A stretch of DNA of 62,832 nt, counting the filler. It is 5 parts of 5 records of this genome, joined end to end, with 100 filler letters (N's around TTAATTAATTAA, not from the genome) between each part and the next. Parts side by side here need not be neighbours in the genome. Positions count along the whole stretch, not along the records: positions 56,112 to 62,832 come from DRR378314_2068; 4 more parts are not named here. The stretch is one strand, 5' to 3'. A model generated the notes under the pieces. That model was given only the letters and a program-made list of their open reading frames with translations. It was not told where the DNA came from and did no database searches. Below, piece by piece: positions 62,214-62,832 of the stretch; position 1 is the stretch's first letter; every line of letters begins with the position of its first letter. A program made the position numbers and the translations under genes.

Positions 62214-62832
62214 TTAGTTGCAGCGCTCTTCGATGTTGTTTTCGGCTGCATAGGACGCGGAGTCCTCGGCCACCAATGCACCGATTACCTCGGAGTCGGT
62301 TGGGTTGAAGCCCGAGATCAGCGACCAGGTCTGCGTATCCGCATCCCATTGCGTCACCCCGACAAGCCCCGGACCGCCGTGGTTTTCACAGGACACGTTG
62401 AAGGCCGGGCCGAAGTTCTGCATGCCCAGAGCCGTCATCTTTTCAGCGGTGAGTTCCAAACCTTCCATGCCGTCGATCATCATGGCAGCATCAATCTCCG
62501 CAGTGCCGTGGATCTCCTGTGCGGTCTTGGCAGCCTCGACCGCCAGCATCGCCGCATACATGCCGCGGTTATAGGCCACTTTGCCGATCTGATCGCCCGC
62601 ACCTGCGGCGAGACCTTTGTCGACCACATGCGTCTGGATGTCGTCAAAGACCGGGAAGTCATCGCCGACGTTGTGGAAGGTCACGGCCTTGTAGCCATCC
62701 GCCTTGGCACCCGCCGGGATCACATCGTGATCGGAGCCGGACCACCACACGCCGATGAAGTTCTCCATCGGGAAGCGAATGTTGGCAGCTTCCTGAATGG
62801 CAACCTGGTTCATCACGCCCCAGCCCCACATC
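62214..62832 (-). CDS. Liv-type ABC substrate-binding protein (5' truncated)
   Basis: WGWGVMN, GVWWSGS, YNRG and SCENHGG motifs; directly upstream of the LivF-like ATPase. Confidence 0.8.
   Translation of the reverse strand, partial: MWGWGVMNQVAIQEAANIRFPMENFIGVWWSGSDHDVIPAGAKADGYKAVTFHNVGDDFPVFDDIQTHVVDKGLAAGAGDQIGKVAYNRGMYAAMLAVEAAKTAQEIHGTAEIDAAMMIDGMEGLELTAEKMTALGMQNFGPAFNVSCENHGGPGLVGVTQWDADTQTWSLISGFNPTDSEVIGALVAEDSASYAAENNIEERCN

Noticed and set aside
1-62832. CRISPR arrays, tRNA/rRNA genes, transposases, attC sites
   Set aside because: None recognised by eye; dedicated scans were not possible.

Overview
This window is not one locus. It is five unrelated contigs joined by four identical 100-nt artificial spacers (N44-TTAATTAATTAA-N44 at 18723-18822, 28412-28511, 43264-43363, 56012-56111). 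(1) 1-18722, GC-rich alphaproteobacterium (Rhodobacteraceae-like): MYG1 protein, DMT/AraC pair, Tat-exported PhoD, an assimilatory nitrate cluster (nasT-nasS, ANTAR antitermination leader, nrtAB-nrtCD, nirBD, nasA, YbiB-like gene), then a TPP riboswitch and thiD. (2) 18823-28411, AT-rich gammaproteobacterium (Pseudoalteromonas-like): ABC1 kinase, DsbA/FrnE, lipoprotein, a hydroxyproline catabolic cluster whose deaminase is reduced to a 74-codon remnant, its GntR regulator and operator, and the 3' part of an integron integrase. (3) 28512-43263 and (4) 43364-56011, an intron-rich eukaryote. I spliced by hand an 11+-exon penicillin/AHL-acylase (S45) gene, an ELMO-domain gene, the start of NAA20, and a gene of more than 1800 aa made of four tandem ATP-grasp ligase-like modules of which only the last keeps catalytic motifs. 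(5) 56112-62832, Rhodobacteraceae-like: Fe(III) ABC components around a CobW GTPase, and a PaaK-like CoA ligase with Liv-type ABC transporter genes. The best candidates for undescribed biology are the four-module ATP-grasp protein and the intron-containing eukaryotic acylase. All family and taxon calls come from motif recognition by eye; no searches were run.
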